A stretch of 63,761 nucleotides of DNA, filler included, from Octopus bimaculoides (lineage: Eukaryota), in the NCBI RefSeq assembly GCF_001194135.2. It is 9 parts of 9 records of this genome, joined end to end, with 100 filler letters (N's around TTAATTAATTAA, not from the genome) between each part and the next. Parts side by side here need not be neighbours in the genome. Positions count along the whole stretch, not along the records: positions 51,521 to 61,880 come from NC_068986.1; positions 61,981 to 63,761 come from NW_026369082.1; 7 more parts are not named here. One strand, written 5' to 3'. A model generated the notes under the pieces. The model was not told the DNA's origin. It saw only the letters and a program-made list of their open reading frames with translations, and searched no databases. The translations under genes were made by a program, and so were the position numbers. This document shows, one piece after another, positions 51,911-63,761 of the stretch (position 1 is the first letter of the stretch; each line of letters opens with the position of its first letter).

Positions 51911-53889
51911 ACATGTGTAGATGAATATGTGATTTTGTATGTATCTTTATCGATCCATGTATGTAGTTTTGTATGATTATGTGTCTATTGTCAAATATAT
52001 AATCTAAGTTTTCCTTAACTATTCATTTTTTAGTTCCTATAAGATGCTGATTGTGCACTTTAATCCACTGATAACTCAGGAACTTCAATAAAAAACACGA
52101 TAAAAACGAAGGAATATACTGCGTAGCCATTTGAAGGGACGTAAACACGTACATATGCGTATATTAGCGTTCATATTTACTTCACTACGTAAACTTTCTT
52201 TATACAATAACATATATCCAAATACGAAGCAAGACGCATAGGGTTGAGAAATAACATATCTACCCAGACACATCTTAACTTTAATATATACTAATTCCTA
52301 TTCACATGCACATTTACACACAATCAACGCAAATACACGCGTTCAAATCAATGTGTGTGCGTGTGTGTGCGTAAGTATGTATATATGATGTATGTCTCTG
52401 TGCGTGTACATACAATAAATATGGACGCATTTTTTATACACTGATATTAATGTAGAACATGAACACACTCGCATAGATCAATACAGACAAATGCAAATAT
52501 GTACTTCAAAGTATACACACTAACAAACATACTCAAAGACATAATGACGCATATCCATACGTGTGAATACAGGCACACATGTGCAACTGTTACACCTCGT
52601 CACACGCATATATCTGCAATATTAAAATAGATGTAAACGAAAATATGAAAGACTAAAATCCATAAGTTCCTTGAGGCTATGAAATTTATGTGAAACACGA
52701 AATACGGAGAGTAAAATTTGAGATTATTTAAATATTACACTTCTATTCTCTGCTGAGATTCTTATCGATTTTCAATGTAATTATTTCGTCCCAAGTTTTG
52801 CAGAAAGTATCACATTATATAGAGTAGGCTGTATTTAAATTGAGTCTCTGTGTTGCGCTGTAAAGCATCAATTCCTTTACATGAATGTGCACATGTACAT
52901 TCATGTATAATTGTACATGCATTAATACACACATACATGCACGCTCAATCATATACACAAACACACCCGCAAACAAACACACGTACAAATCCACACAAGC
53001 ACACACGCATACACAGACACACGCATACACGGAAATGAACCTCCACGCACAAGTTGTCAGTCATTTAGTAGTTATTGAACAACGTCTTGAAAAATGTGCA
53101 TTACACTAGCAATATCTCTTATTCCGTAGTTAGTATCTTATCTTTCCTCTATTATCTGAATATAACCATTGCTGAGACATCAATAACCATAGACTTTTCT
53201 AATATAAAGACAAGCGCAATCTTTTCTAGGGATAGTGAAATCAATTACTTCGGCTACAGGAATTCATAGTTGCTTTCCTTTTAGTGCAACCTGACGATTA
53301 TGAAAACCAAAGTCTGCCACAGTTGGATGTAAAGAAATTGGTCAAACAAATTTTACTTAATAAATAAAGACATTTTCCCAGACTGCCTGGAGGATATACT
53401 AAATACAATACATTCAATAACAGTAATATTGGTGTGAAGTATCGGCAGATCTCCCAAATAGCGTTATATAACGGCCAATTAGAATGGGTTATAATTACGT
53501 CGATGATAATTATTCGGTGTCGACAGATGAAAACAATTCAATAACCAGTTATGAAAAAAGGGGTACACAATTTTGTCTGCTCCACTTATTTTCTTCATAT
53601 AGCAGACATACCATCAACAGTTATAATACACTTTTCTAATCTCAAGAGAAGATCAGTGCACTTTCTAATTTGTGAACATAATGTGAGCGATCAGAACCAA
53701 ATGGAACGTCCTCAATTATGTTTCTAACGCGTGAATTTCAACAAAGTCAAATTGAGTTTCCATTGACATGATCTTAAAGTCTGACTTCTTTTAAACTGAA
53801 AATTCCAAAATAACATGCGCTTCTCTCCAATTAATAATAATTGAAAATCACATTGTTAATTGTACTCCCACACGTACATATAAAATGTA

Positions 53890-55238
53890 ACCAAAATTAT
53901 TTCAATATGGGGTAGAACAGACATTGGCATTAATTACAGCTTTAATTCTACAAGGTACGGACTCGCACACAGTTTGAATTGTTTCCAAACGTATCTTTGT
54001 CCATTCTTCAGCTAAAATCGTCTCCAGCTTTTGTAGTGATGATGGTGGAACATATCGACTCCTTATTTTCTTTTTGTAAAATGCACCATAAATGTTCAAT
54101 AATATTGAGATCTGGGGATTGTGGTGGCCAGATAAGATGTTCAGCTTCACTAGGTTATTCAATGAGCAATTCGGTAACAACTTCAGTTGTGTGATTTTGG
54201 TGCATTATCATACTGAAAGATTGCGTTTCCTTCCGAATACAGTTCCGCAACCTTAGGAGGAATTAGATCAGATAAAATGCTTCCACTTCACTATTAATTC
54301 TGCCATGAAAGGAAACCATTTGGCCTGCAGATTTCCAAGATATAGCTCCCCAGATCATCACAGATCCTTCTCCATGTTTAAAAGTTGGAAGAAGGTAGTC
54401 TGGGTCAAATGCTTCTTTTGGCTGTCTCCAAACGTATACTCGGCGGGTGGTCGGAAATAAGGTAAAAGAAAACTCGTCCGAGAAAATAACATTATTCCAC
54501 GGGTCTAGGGACCAATTCTGTAGGTTTCTACTCCAGTCTCAACGCTTTGCAACGTTTGTTTTTGAGAGTAGTGGTGTTCTGGTTCTAGCCCTCCGTGAAA
54601 ACCAGCGTGGTGCAGCTCCCGTCGAACAGCTTTTTTGCGGAAACTGGGTTTTCGAGGTGGTCATTAAGCTCTCCAGTAATTTTGGGAGCCGTACTTTTGT
54701 AATCCTTTCTAACAATTCGCGTAAGAGTCCGGTGTCCCCTATCTGAAAGTTTTGGTTTTTTTCCAGAGTTTTCTTTCGACGAGGAGATCTTTCTCAAAGG
54801 ACGCCATTACATTTGAGACAGTACTTCGTGGTACACGACATATTTCAGCTGTTTTTGTTACGCTAGCGCTCGCCATACGAGCATCAACAACTTGACTTCT
54901 TTGAAAGTTTGATATATATGTCATTTTAATGAATTTTAATTACCTTTTTCTGATGTTTGATTTCGTCATTGTTTGTGCATGTCCTCAGATTGCTCTGTCC
55001 TTAGATTCACCCCTAACCCTCTGAAATGTTCGTATTGGAGCTTCGGCGCGATTGCCAAGCAGTACGGTATGTCGTTTCTCAATTTCTGGCAGAGTGAATT
55101 GCATCATAGTGCTGATTTTCTCACAGACGGTGCCCAACGGACCCTACTATACTGAGTAATCCACAAAATCAAAAACAACCATTGCGCATGCTCTAAATTA
55201 AAAATATAAAATGGCGACAATTTACCGATCGCACCCTG
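53890..55238 (-). mobile_element. Decayed Tc1/mariner transposon (DD36E-like), one TIR retained
   Basis: N-terminus ...QVVDARMASASVTKTAE...; VIFSDEFSF; KHGEGSVMIWG; FQYDNAP; WPPQSPDLNIIEHLW; ...STPY*. Terminus TA|CAGGGTGCGATCGGTAAATTGTCGCC at 55213-55240 (reverse complement). The other TIR was not found. Confidence 0.92.
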
Positions 55239-58200
55239 TATACACCGAACAAGTTTTAAAACGAGCAAACCGCATTCACACATTTAGATTTGTATGAATG
55301 TTAGTGTGTATGCACATGTGTGTGAGTGTGTTAGAGTGTGTATGTTTTTCTCTGTGTGTGCGTGCGTGTTTCTGCATGAATACACGTGTGTGTGTCTATC
55401 TATGTATGTACTTGCGTTTGTGCCTATGTTTCTGTCGGTGTATGTTCGTGTGTATGTGTGTGCAAGCATAATTTACATCCTTAAACCTGTATTTGTTCGA
55501 GTTAATAGATAAGCTACAAGACCCATGCTCTGAAAGGTATGTAAGTGGCTTAGTATTCAAAGAGTTGTATACATTTAAATTAAATTTCATACTATCTACC
55601 TAACTGAAATTATAGATAAAGATTTGCTACGCTGTTGCACGAGCTTTATAACAATGTTTTCTGGGCTCATTCGAGGCAGAGGATTCGCTGTCACGATGTT
55701 CCTAAGTGTACTTCGCTGTCGATGTTGTCGACTATATAAATTACTCGTTGATTTACTTCACGATACGTGTGTTAGTGTGTATTAATACGCATACACATAT
55801 ATAAGCTGAGGAGAGAGACCGTAATAAATTGATGCACAGATAGTCATACAGCAAGGGATAAGTGATGGAGTAAGTGGGAGATAGAGGCAGTGGGAAAAGT
55901 GAAACAATGGTTTGAAATCCTTACATGTAATAGAGGATTGATGGTAAAATTAAGTCCCTTTTTAAGAAAATCTTTTAGATCACGATAGGAAATATATTTT
56001 GGATTATTGTAATACGAAAATTGGAAGGAGTTAAATAATTTGTTCTGTCATGTGTACTATTGCGGTCATCGGATTCTGATCACAGAAATGTGATATATTT
56101 ATATAGCACATCAAATTTTTGCATTTTTACTATACGTAAAGGAAAATTGCCTCCAATACAGAAACCTTGCGATCGATGTATAAATATAAATAAGATTTCT
56201 TGTATTGGCACGTGTCCACCACTTTTTGGCAAAGAAATGTGAAGAATAAATCGACCACCAATACTTGAATGTAACAATATTTTATCGATCTCAGATAAAA
56301 AAAGAAAAACCTACGTTGCCTTCTGCACAATTTGAAATATGAATCTAAAGAAACGCTGTTATTTATCGTTTAATGTTTAGAATAGAATTTCACGAATTTC
56401 ACCATCCATTGCCCTCGATGAAACGCAGTTGCTGCTGCTGCCACTACTACTACTACGACGACGACGATGACTACTACTACTACGACTAGAGATGCTGTTG
56501 CTGATGATGACAATATTGACTAGATTGATTGGCAATTCTTGCAGAAGAGTAAACTGGAAGGCTGCACTGGGTTATGAGTGTGCATCGCTAAAAAAAACAA
56601 AACACGATAGATTACACCAAGTACTATATTAATAAAACACCGATTCTCCAATACGAGAAGTGTTCTGAAGAGGGAGAAATCATAAGATACATTGTATAAA
56701 CATTGTATATACATAAGGTACATTGTAGTGAGTGCAATTAACTCATACAGTACGAATATAAATGCAGGTATAACAACGCGTTCAGGCATGTCCACTGACA
56801 GTTGAGCGATAAAAGAAACCTCTAGAGAGCGAAGAGTTTGTATGAGCACAGGCCAGAGGGCGTATGAGAATTTGAGAAATAAAAATCTTCTGAGATATTA
56901 TTATTTGCCCAATGTCAGAGAACGACGATAGTGATGATAATGATGATTATGATGATGATGCTGATGGGGATGATGATAATGAGGAGGAGGAGGAGGGGAT
57001 TATGATGATGATTATGATGATGATGATGACGAGGAGGAGGAGAAGGAGGAAGAGGACGACGATATATACATATATACATATATATATATACATATATACC
57101 CAAATATATACATATGTACATATATACATATATACATACATATATACACAAATATATGCATATATATAGACATACACATATAAATATATATACATGTCCT
57201 CCTGGGGCTAAAAGCAACAGTAACATCCACCCCTAGGGGTCAGCCACACTTAAGTGGCAATATACTACACTTTATATATACATATATATNNNNNNNNNNN
57301 NNNNNNNNNNNNNNNNNNNNNNNNNNNNNNNNNNNNNNNNNNNNNNNNNNNNNNNNNNNNNNNNNNNNNNNNNNNNNNNNNNNNNNNNNNNNNNNNNNNN
57401 NNNNNNNNNNNNNNNNNNNNNNNNNNNNNNNNNNNNNNNNNNNNNNNNNNNNNNNNNNNNNNNNNNNNNNNNNNNNNNNNNNNNNNNNNNNNNNNNNNNN
57501 NNNNNNNNNNNNNNNNNNNNNNNNNNNNNNNNNNNNNNNNNNNNNNNNNNNNNNNNNNNNNNNNNNNNNNNNNNNNNNNNNNNNNNNNNNNNNNNNNNNN
57601 NNNNNNNNNNNNNNNNNNNNNNNNNNNNNNNNNNNNNNNNNNNNNNNNNNNNNNNNNNNNNNNNNNNNNNNNNNNNNNNNNNNNNNNNNNNNNNNNNNNN
57701 NNNNNNNNNNNNNNNNNNNNNNNNNNNNNNNNNNNNNNNNNNNNNNNNNNNNNNNNNNNNNNNNNNNNNNNNNNNNNNNNNNNNNNNNNNNNNNNNNNNN
57801 NNNNNNNNNNNNNNNNNNNNNNNNNNNNNNNNNNNNNNNNNNNNNNNNNNNNNNNNNNNNNNNNNNNNNNNNNNNNNNNNNNNNNNNNNNNNNNNNNNNN
57901 NNNNNNNNNNNNNNNNNNNNNNNNNNNNNNNNNNNNNNNNNNNNNNNNNNNNNNNNNNNNNNNNNNNNNNNNNNNNNNNNNNNNNNNNNNNNNNNNNNNN
58001 NNNNNNNNNNNNNNNNNNNNNNNNNNNNNNNNNNNNNNNNNNNNNNNNNNNNNNNNNNNNNNNNNNNNNNNNNNNNNNNNNNNATATACATGTACATATG
58101 TGTATGTGGGTGTGTGCGTGCTTGTGTATTATTGTGTGTCTCTGTGTGTAAAGAAGAATGGAAAAATCGTAAACTTCTGGACAACTATATAAATCAATTT

Positions 58201-59797
58201 CAAAACACGTGCATAACGAAAAGATTACGAAGAAGAGCAAAAAAATATTTTTGGTTGAACTGGCAGTACGTGCCAATCGTTGTATAATTTAATACGATTA
58301 ATTTAAAATCCGTGTATAAAAACACCAAAAGTCCTGATTTTTATTCAAAATGACATCTAATTGATATGAAACAAAACAGAAACGTAGTAAGATAACGAAG
58401 GTTAAGAACATTATATATAAATGTATTATTTGCGAATTACACCCTATAAAACAAATTACATTTACTGAATTTGAATGGCTAAGTTTCAGTGCGAGAAAGA
58501 AAAGCATTTTGACACGAACGAATTATGCAACATCCGTCTTGTAAAAAATAAAAAAAAAACGTGAAATATAATCTAAGTGACATTGAATAGATACAGAAAT
58601 ATAGAGATACATGAATGTAATTGATAGTGGTACAAGACACAAAGCAGGTGGACAATGGAAACTTCCGAAGATGATAAGGTGTAAAACAAAACAAAATATG
58701 AGCAAATGATACAATACCGACATCAAATTAAACGTTATTAGTAAACAGTAAAAAGACTTCAGAGTCGTGTCTAATAAATGATATCATTGTAGTTCTGTTG
58801 AAATCTAAAGATTTTGAGTTTGATAGAGAAATTTTGAAATAATATCCACAGTAGGTACATTTCTCATCGCTGAAATGAACATTTAGCATGTCTCGTCAAA
58901 GTGTCTAAGACTTGTATTTGTAAACAGTATATAGTCAATTCATACAGAAGCAGGATTAAGTGTGATAACACAGAGTTTTACAAATTAGCGGTGTCATCAA
59001 ATTAACACATTTGTTTCCTGAAGAGTGTTGGTCGAACATGGGGAGCCTGTTGTTGTACTTATACTGAAAATTTGAAATGATATAGAAACTCAAAAGTAGA
59101 TGTTACAGAGCTAGGTATCATATGAATCGCAATAAATATGCTTCTTCGGTGAATGCAATTGCAATGGCATCACATTAAAATTGCTAACTGTGAACCGTGC
59201 TTAGCCTATGTACACTTTGGAAAGGTTTGTAAATTAAGATTCTCTTGGGTGGAGCAGCTCTTCGTACATATGTTGAGTTAAAAGCGCAATGCAAAACAGA
59301 TCGAGGCGAAACATTTCGTAGTTGTAATGCACGAGAAAGACTGATGAGATTCGTCCTACTTGGGGATGAACATACGAGTTTTCCGCAGTAAAAGTGAATG
59401 CTTTACATAATTCTTCCTATATACAGAATCATAGAAGCACGGATTTCGACTAAGCAAATGAGAGATTAGAACAATTTTCACCAGCAACAAATATATCAAA
59501 ATAGCAAGATACATCTGACGTTTTCATAAGCCAACTGATACAACGATGTTCACCTTGCAGCTATAAATATTTGACGCAACATGCTAGTTCAACATTGCAA
59601 ATTAATTTAGTAGACTACACAGGTGACGATTTCAAATAAATTTACATTTTCTTCAGAGAATGAATATATACTATACTCTATTAACTGCAATTCAAAAATA
59701 ATTTTTTTTTTTTTATGTTTGAGAAGAAGTAACAGAACGAGTTAAGAAATTCTGGAGTGTTTACCAACTCCGGTCAAAAAATATCCGATATATTATT

Positions 59798-59885
59798 CTT
59801 TTCAACTCTAGACACAAGGCCCGAAATTTTGGGGTACGGAGCCAGTCGATTAGATCGACTCCAGTACGCAACTGGTACTTATTTA
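59798..59885 (-). mobile_element. SINE A' 3' fragment
   Basis: Reverse complement aagtaccagttgcgtactggagtcgatctaatcgactgg...gggccttgtgtctagag. Confidence 0.8.
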
Positions 59886-61529
59886 TGCTGATATTCTCGG
59901 TCATGTATATGCTAGCCCAAACAACCGGTGACGAAGACGTCATTTTATTGTTTTGGTTCAGTTAGGATTTTGACAAATCCATTTGTATGACACGGTACAA
60001 TATGAATCTAATATATGCGATAGAATTACAGATGCAGATACAAGTAAAGCGTAGTCGATTGTGCAACGTCACACGCCGTATAGACTCCCACTATTCAACA
60101 GCCAAATTGATTCGTACATAGAGAAACCAGGAAGCAAGAAGTAAACCTTGAATCCATGAATCCTTGAATACTATGACTGTATACACACTCAAAGATTTAT
60201 GTGGAATACAGTCATATTTAATGCTGAAGTAGACAAGGCAAAGAGATTGACAGAAGAGAGAATTATTCCAGTAGATGAATTTGTTGGACCTTCATATTGA
60301 GGATAATATTTTATCAAGAATTACGCCCAAACAATGAAATCAAACATGAGAATTACACAGAATATGACCGGAGGAGAGGAAGAAAATTTATTGCTATTTC
60401 ACATTTGCGTCATTATTACAAGAAATACATTATTACATTGAATAATCTTAGAAAATTTAAATTCAACTTTTGAGAAAAATGCGCTCAACGAGAAAAGTTC
60501 TGGGGCAGAAGTAATTAATAATTGAGTGAACCTTTAGGCTTACAGAAATTGAATGTCCAAGTAAATTACTCAAACTCGTGTTAAGGCACAACATGGGTGG
60601 ATACGAAAAGTGATACTACAGCGTGCTTCTTGTCTTTGGAAGAAACATAAACTTGTAGCATTTTACTAGAGATACTTTGTGTTTCTTATATGTGAAGATT
60701 GACACGCAGTCGAAACTTACAAAACAGAGTTAAAAACGAAAATTACGAACATTTAAAATCCAAGGACACTTTTGAATATATTGATTAACAAAGATACACA
60801 GACATACAGACACGCACATATATATATATATATACACAATGTCTATATATCTATACAGAAACATACACGCGCAGGCACATGCAATAAGACGCATATATCT
60901 ATAGTTAATATCGGAAACTCTAATGAAAACGATAGCAAACAATGCGCTAGTAAAACGGCAATCACATACAATAGCATATCCACAGCAACCTGAGACATGC
61001 CTGTGTGGATTCATCAGGATATGAAAACATTAATGATAGGACTACGAATGAAATATTCATCTGAGAAGAATATTACTTAGAATGAAATTAACTCAGAACC
61101 TGTCAAAATCTAAATTTCTTGTGATGAATTATAAATTGGAAATATCGCCCAATAGTAATTATTTATTGATATTGCTTAAAGAAGAGAACGAATACGACAA
61201 AAAGAATATCTGATACATACGTACATGCATATGGATGTATGTTCATATATCCATACGTCTTTGCGTGCTATATATGCATACAAACACACACACACACACA
61301 TGTCTGTATATATATATATATATATGCGAGTAAAAATAAATACAAAAAAATGGTGGATTTTTTTGTATGATTGTGTATAGAGGAATATATTATTTTGCTT
61401 AAAAGAGTTCCAACACTGTCTGTTTTTTATGTTTTATTTATATTCCTGCAGAACTAATGTGGGGTATAGAATATGGAANNNNNNNNNNGTATATATATAT
61501 GTGTGTGTATATATATATATGTGTATATA

Positions 61530-61573
<44 letters not shown>

Positions 61574-61586
61574 CGTGTGTGTATGC

Positions 61587-61658
<72 letters not shown>

Positions 61659-62099
61659 GGAGAAAGATAGACAGATATGCATGTGCATAAACATATCTAT
61701 ATTTGTGTATATGGTTGTATATTTATACATACAATCATATCTATTTATTGGTCTATATATCAATCTATTTATCTAGGAAGCTAGCTACCTACATATCAAG
61801 ATATCCAAGTAAGTATGTATGAATATATGTGGGTATGTCTGTGCGTGTGTTTGTCTGTGTATATCTGCGAATATGTTTTTNNNNNNNNNNNNNNNNNNNN
61901 NNNNNNNNNNNNNNNNNNNNNNNNTTAATTAATTAANNNNNNNNNNNNNNNNNNNNNNNNNNNNNNNNNNNNNNNNNNNNGTGTGTGTGTATGTATATAT
62001 AGTAATAATATAGTAGTTATAGGTTCCCGTAAACGAACTTAAATATATATGTATATATATATCAATTAGAAAGTGGAGGATAATATGCTGAACGCAACT

Positions 62100-62413
62100 A
62101 CTTGCAGACAGTGTATCCCGTTGAATTCATTTATTTAATTCATAGCTAAAGTGACAAAAAAAACCTACAAAGTACAGGTGTTTATGACAAACCATGTTAT
62201 TTTGCCAACCGGGTTTACAGATAGAAGTACAAAGGTTAAACTTCTATTCATTCTCTAATTCCCTACGTACTTCGTACTTCTATCTGTAAACCCGGTTGGC
62301 AAAATAACATGGTTTGTCATAAACACCTGAACTTTGTGTTTTTTTGTTTGTTTTTTTGTCACTTTAGCTATGAATTAAATTAATGAATTCAACGGGATAC
62401 ACTGTCTGCAAGT
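62100..62413. repeat. Near-perfect foldback inverted repeat (131/140-bp arms, 43-nt spacer)
   Basis: 62100-62230 is the reverse complement of 62274-62413 apart from an A-rich indel and a few substitutions. The right arm runs into a gap. Confidence 0.95.
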
Positions 62414-62905
62414 NNNNNNNNNNNNNNNNNNNNNNNNNNNNNNNNNNNNNNNNNNNNNNNNNNNNNNNNNNNNNNNNNNNNNNNNNNNNNNNNNNNNNNN
62501 NNNNNNNNNNNNNNNNNNNNNNNNNNNNNNNNNNNNNNNNNNNNNNNNNNNNNNNNNNNNNNNNNNNNNNNNNNNNNNNNNNNNNNNNNNNNNNNNNNNN
62601 NNNNNNNNNNNNNNNNNNNNNNNNNNNNNNNNNNNNNNNNNNNNNNNNNNNNNNNNNNNNNNNNNNNNNNNNNNNNNNNNNNNNNNNNNNNNNNNNNNNN
62701 NNNNNNNNNNNNNNNNNNNNNNNNNNNNNNNNNNNNNNNNNNNNNNNNNNNNNNNNNNNNNNNNNNNNNNNNNNNNNNNNNNNNNNNNNNNNNNNNNNNN
62801 NNNNNNNNNNNNNNNNNNNNNNNNNNNNNNNNNNNNNNNNNNNNNNNNNNNNNNNNNNNNNNNNNNNNNNNNNNNNNNNNNNNNNNNNNNNNNNNNNNNN
62901 NNNNN

Positions 62906-62948
<43 letters not shown>

Positions 62949-63131
62949 GTATGTATATATGTATGTATATATATATAATGTATGTGTGTATGTATATATG
63001 TATGTATTCATAGACAGATATACATTTATTTTTATCTATCGCGCTCTCTACCACTCTACCCTGACTCTTCCTCCTTTCTCCCCCCCTCACTCACTATCCT
63101 CCCTCTCTCTCTCCCTCTATCTCTCTCTATT

Positions 63132-63175
<44 letters not shown>

Positions 63176-63761
63176 CGCACGCACACACACAAACATATAT
63201 ATATATATACCATGAAACAAAGACCAGTCTTTCATGACTGGTTTTTGTTTTGTAATATTCATTTACTTAGTTGTTAACAAGCTTAAAAATCGATTATATC
63301 TTATACTTTAGTTGTTTTCTCTGTCGGTTATCGAGTCTGTCTAGAATAATGCCGCAATATAGATGTCTCGTTTATTTCGTCGAGATCTTTTGATCTTCTA
63401 TTAAGATTAACAAATTCGTTTATTTTTAGTTTATAATGGGTTCTGTCTAACAATCGACATAAATAAAATATCTAAAAATCACCATTGAACTTATTAATGT
63501 ACAATATTTTCAGACAATAATGTTCCATATTGTTTTCACCAAAGTCTTCTGCCTTGTTTTAGCACTTTCTATATCCCACAAAGAATACTTGAAGATTGAA
63601 ATCTGCTTCGTAAAGACGAAGAAAGAAAATTATTTTCATCAGACGACTAATAGTGTATCATAGGTAGGATCCTTGGAGCGGATGACTGTGACATACATAC
63701 ATACATACATAAATACGTACATACATACATACGTGCACACACACATACATACATACATACA

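Noticed and set aside
57272-58276. ORF beginning MARTASSTKNIFLLFFVIFSLCTC, which looks like a signal peptide
   Set aside because: The first codon is TTG, not ATG, with an in-frame stop five codons upstream, and the frame runs into microsatellite and gap.
59338-59380. CTGATGA motif as a hammerhead
   Set aside because: No convincing stem II and no GAAA.
60170-60530. Possible degraded LINE endonuclease-RT linker (AEVDKA...KSSGAEVINN)
   Set aside because: Too degenerate to call by eye.

Overview
AT-rich, microsatellite-saturated, gapped eukaryotic scaffold. The SINE/LINE repertoire and assembly style suggest an octopus (cephalopod) genome; this is inference. The only host gene I can support is a + strand natriuretic-peptide-receptor / receptor guanylyl cyclase-like gene. 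Three phase-compatible ectodomain exons are visible (13767-13831, cut by a gap; 20655-20790; 20975-21066), plus a candidate in-frame 33-nt microexon; its other exons were not found. The rest is mostly mobile DNA: three tRNA-derived SINE families (several with TSDs), RTE-clade LINE fragments (one with a C4HC3 PHD finger inside the RT), two R4/Dong-type and one HERO-type RLE non-LTR elements, a Tc1-like transposon with apparent DD36E spacing, a Tigger-like MITE, three long foldback hairpins, and Penelope-type termini with hammerhead-ribozyme-like motifs (one with an intact core at 14246-14289). A dispersed repeat shows two compensatory base-pair changes in a stem. Almost all ORFs in the supplied track are microsatellite or N-gap artefacts. 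There are no CRISPR arrays, rRNA or true tRNA genes.
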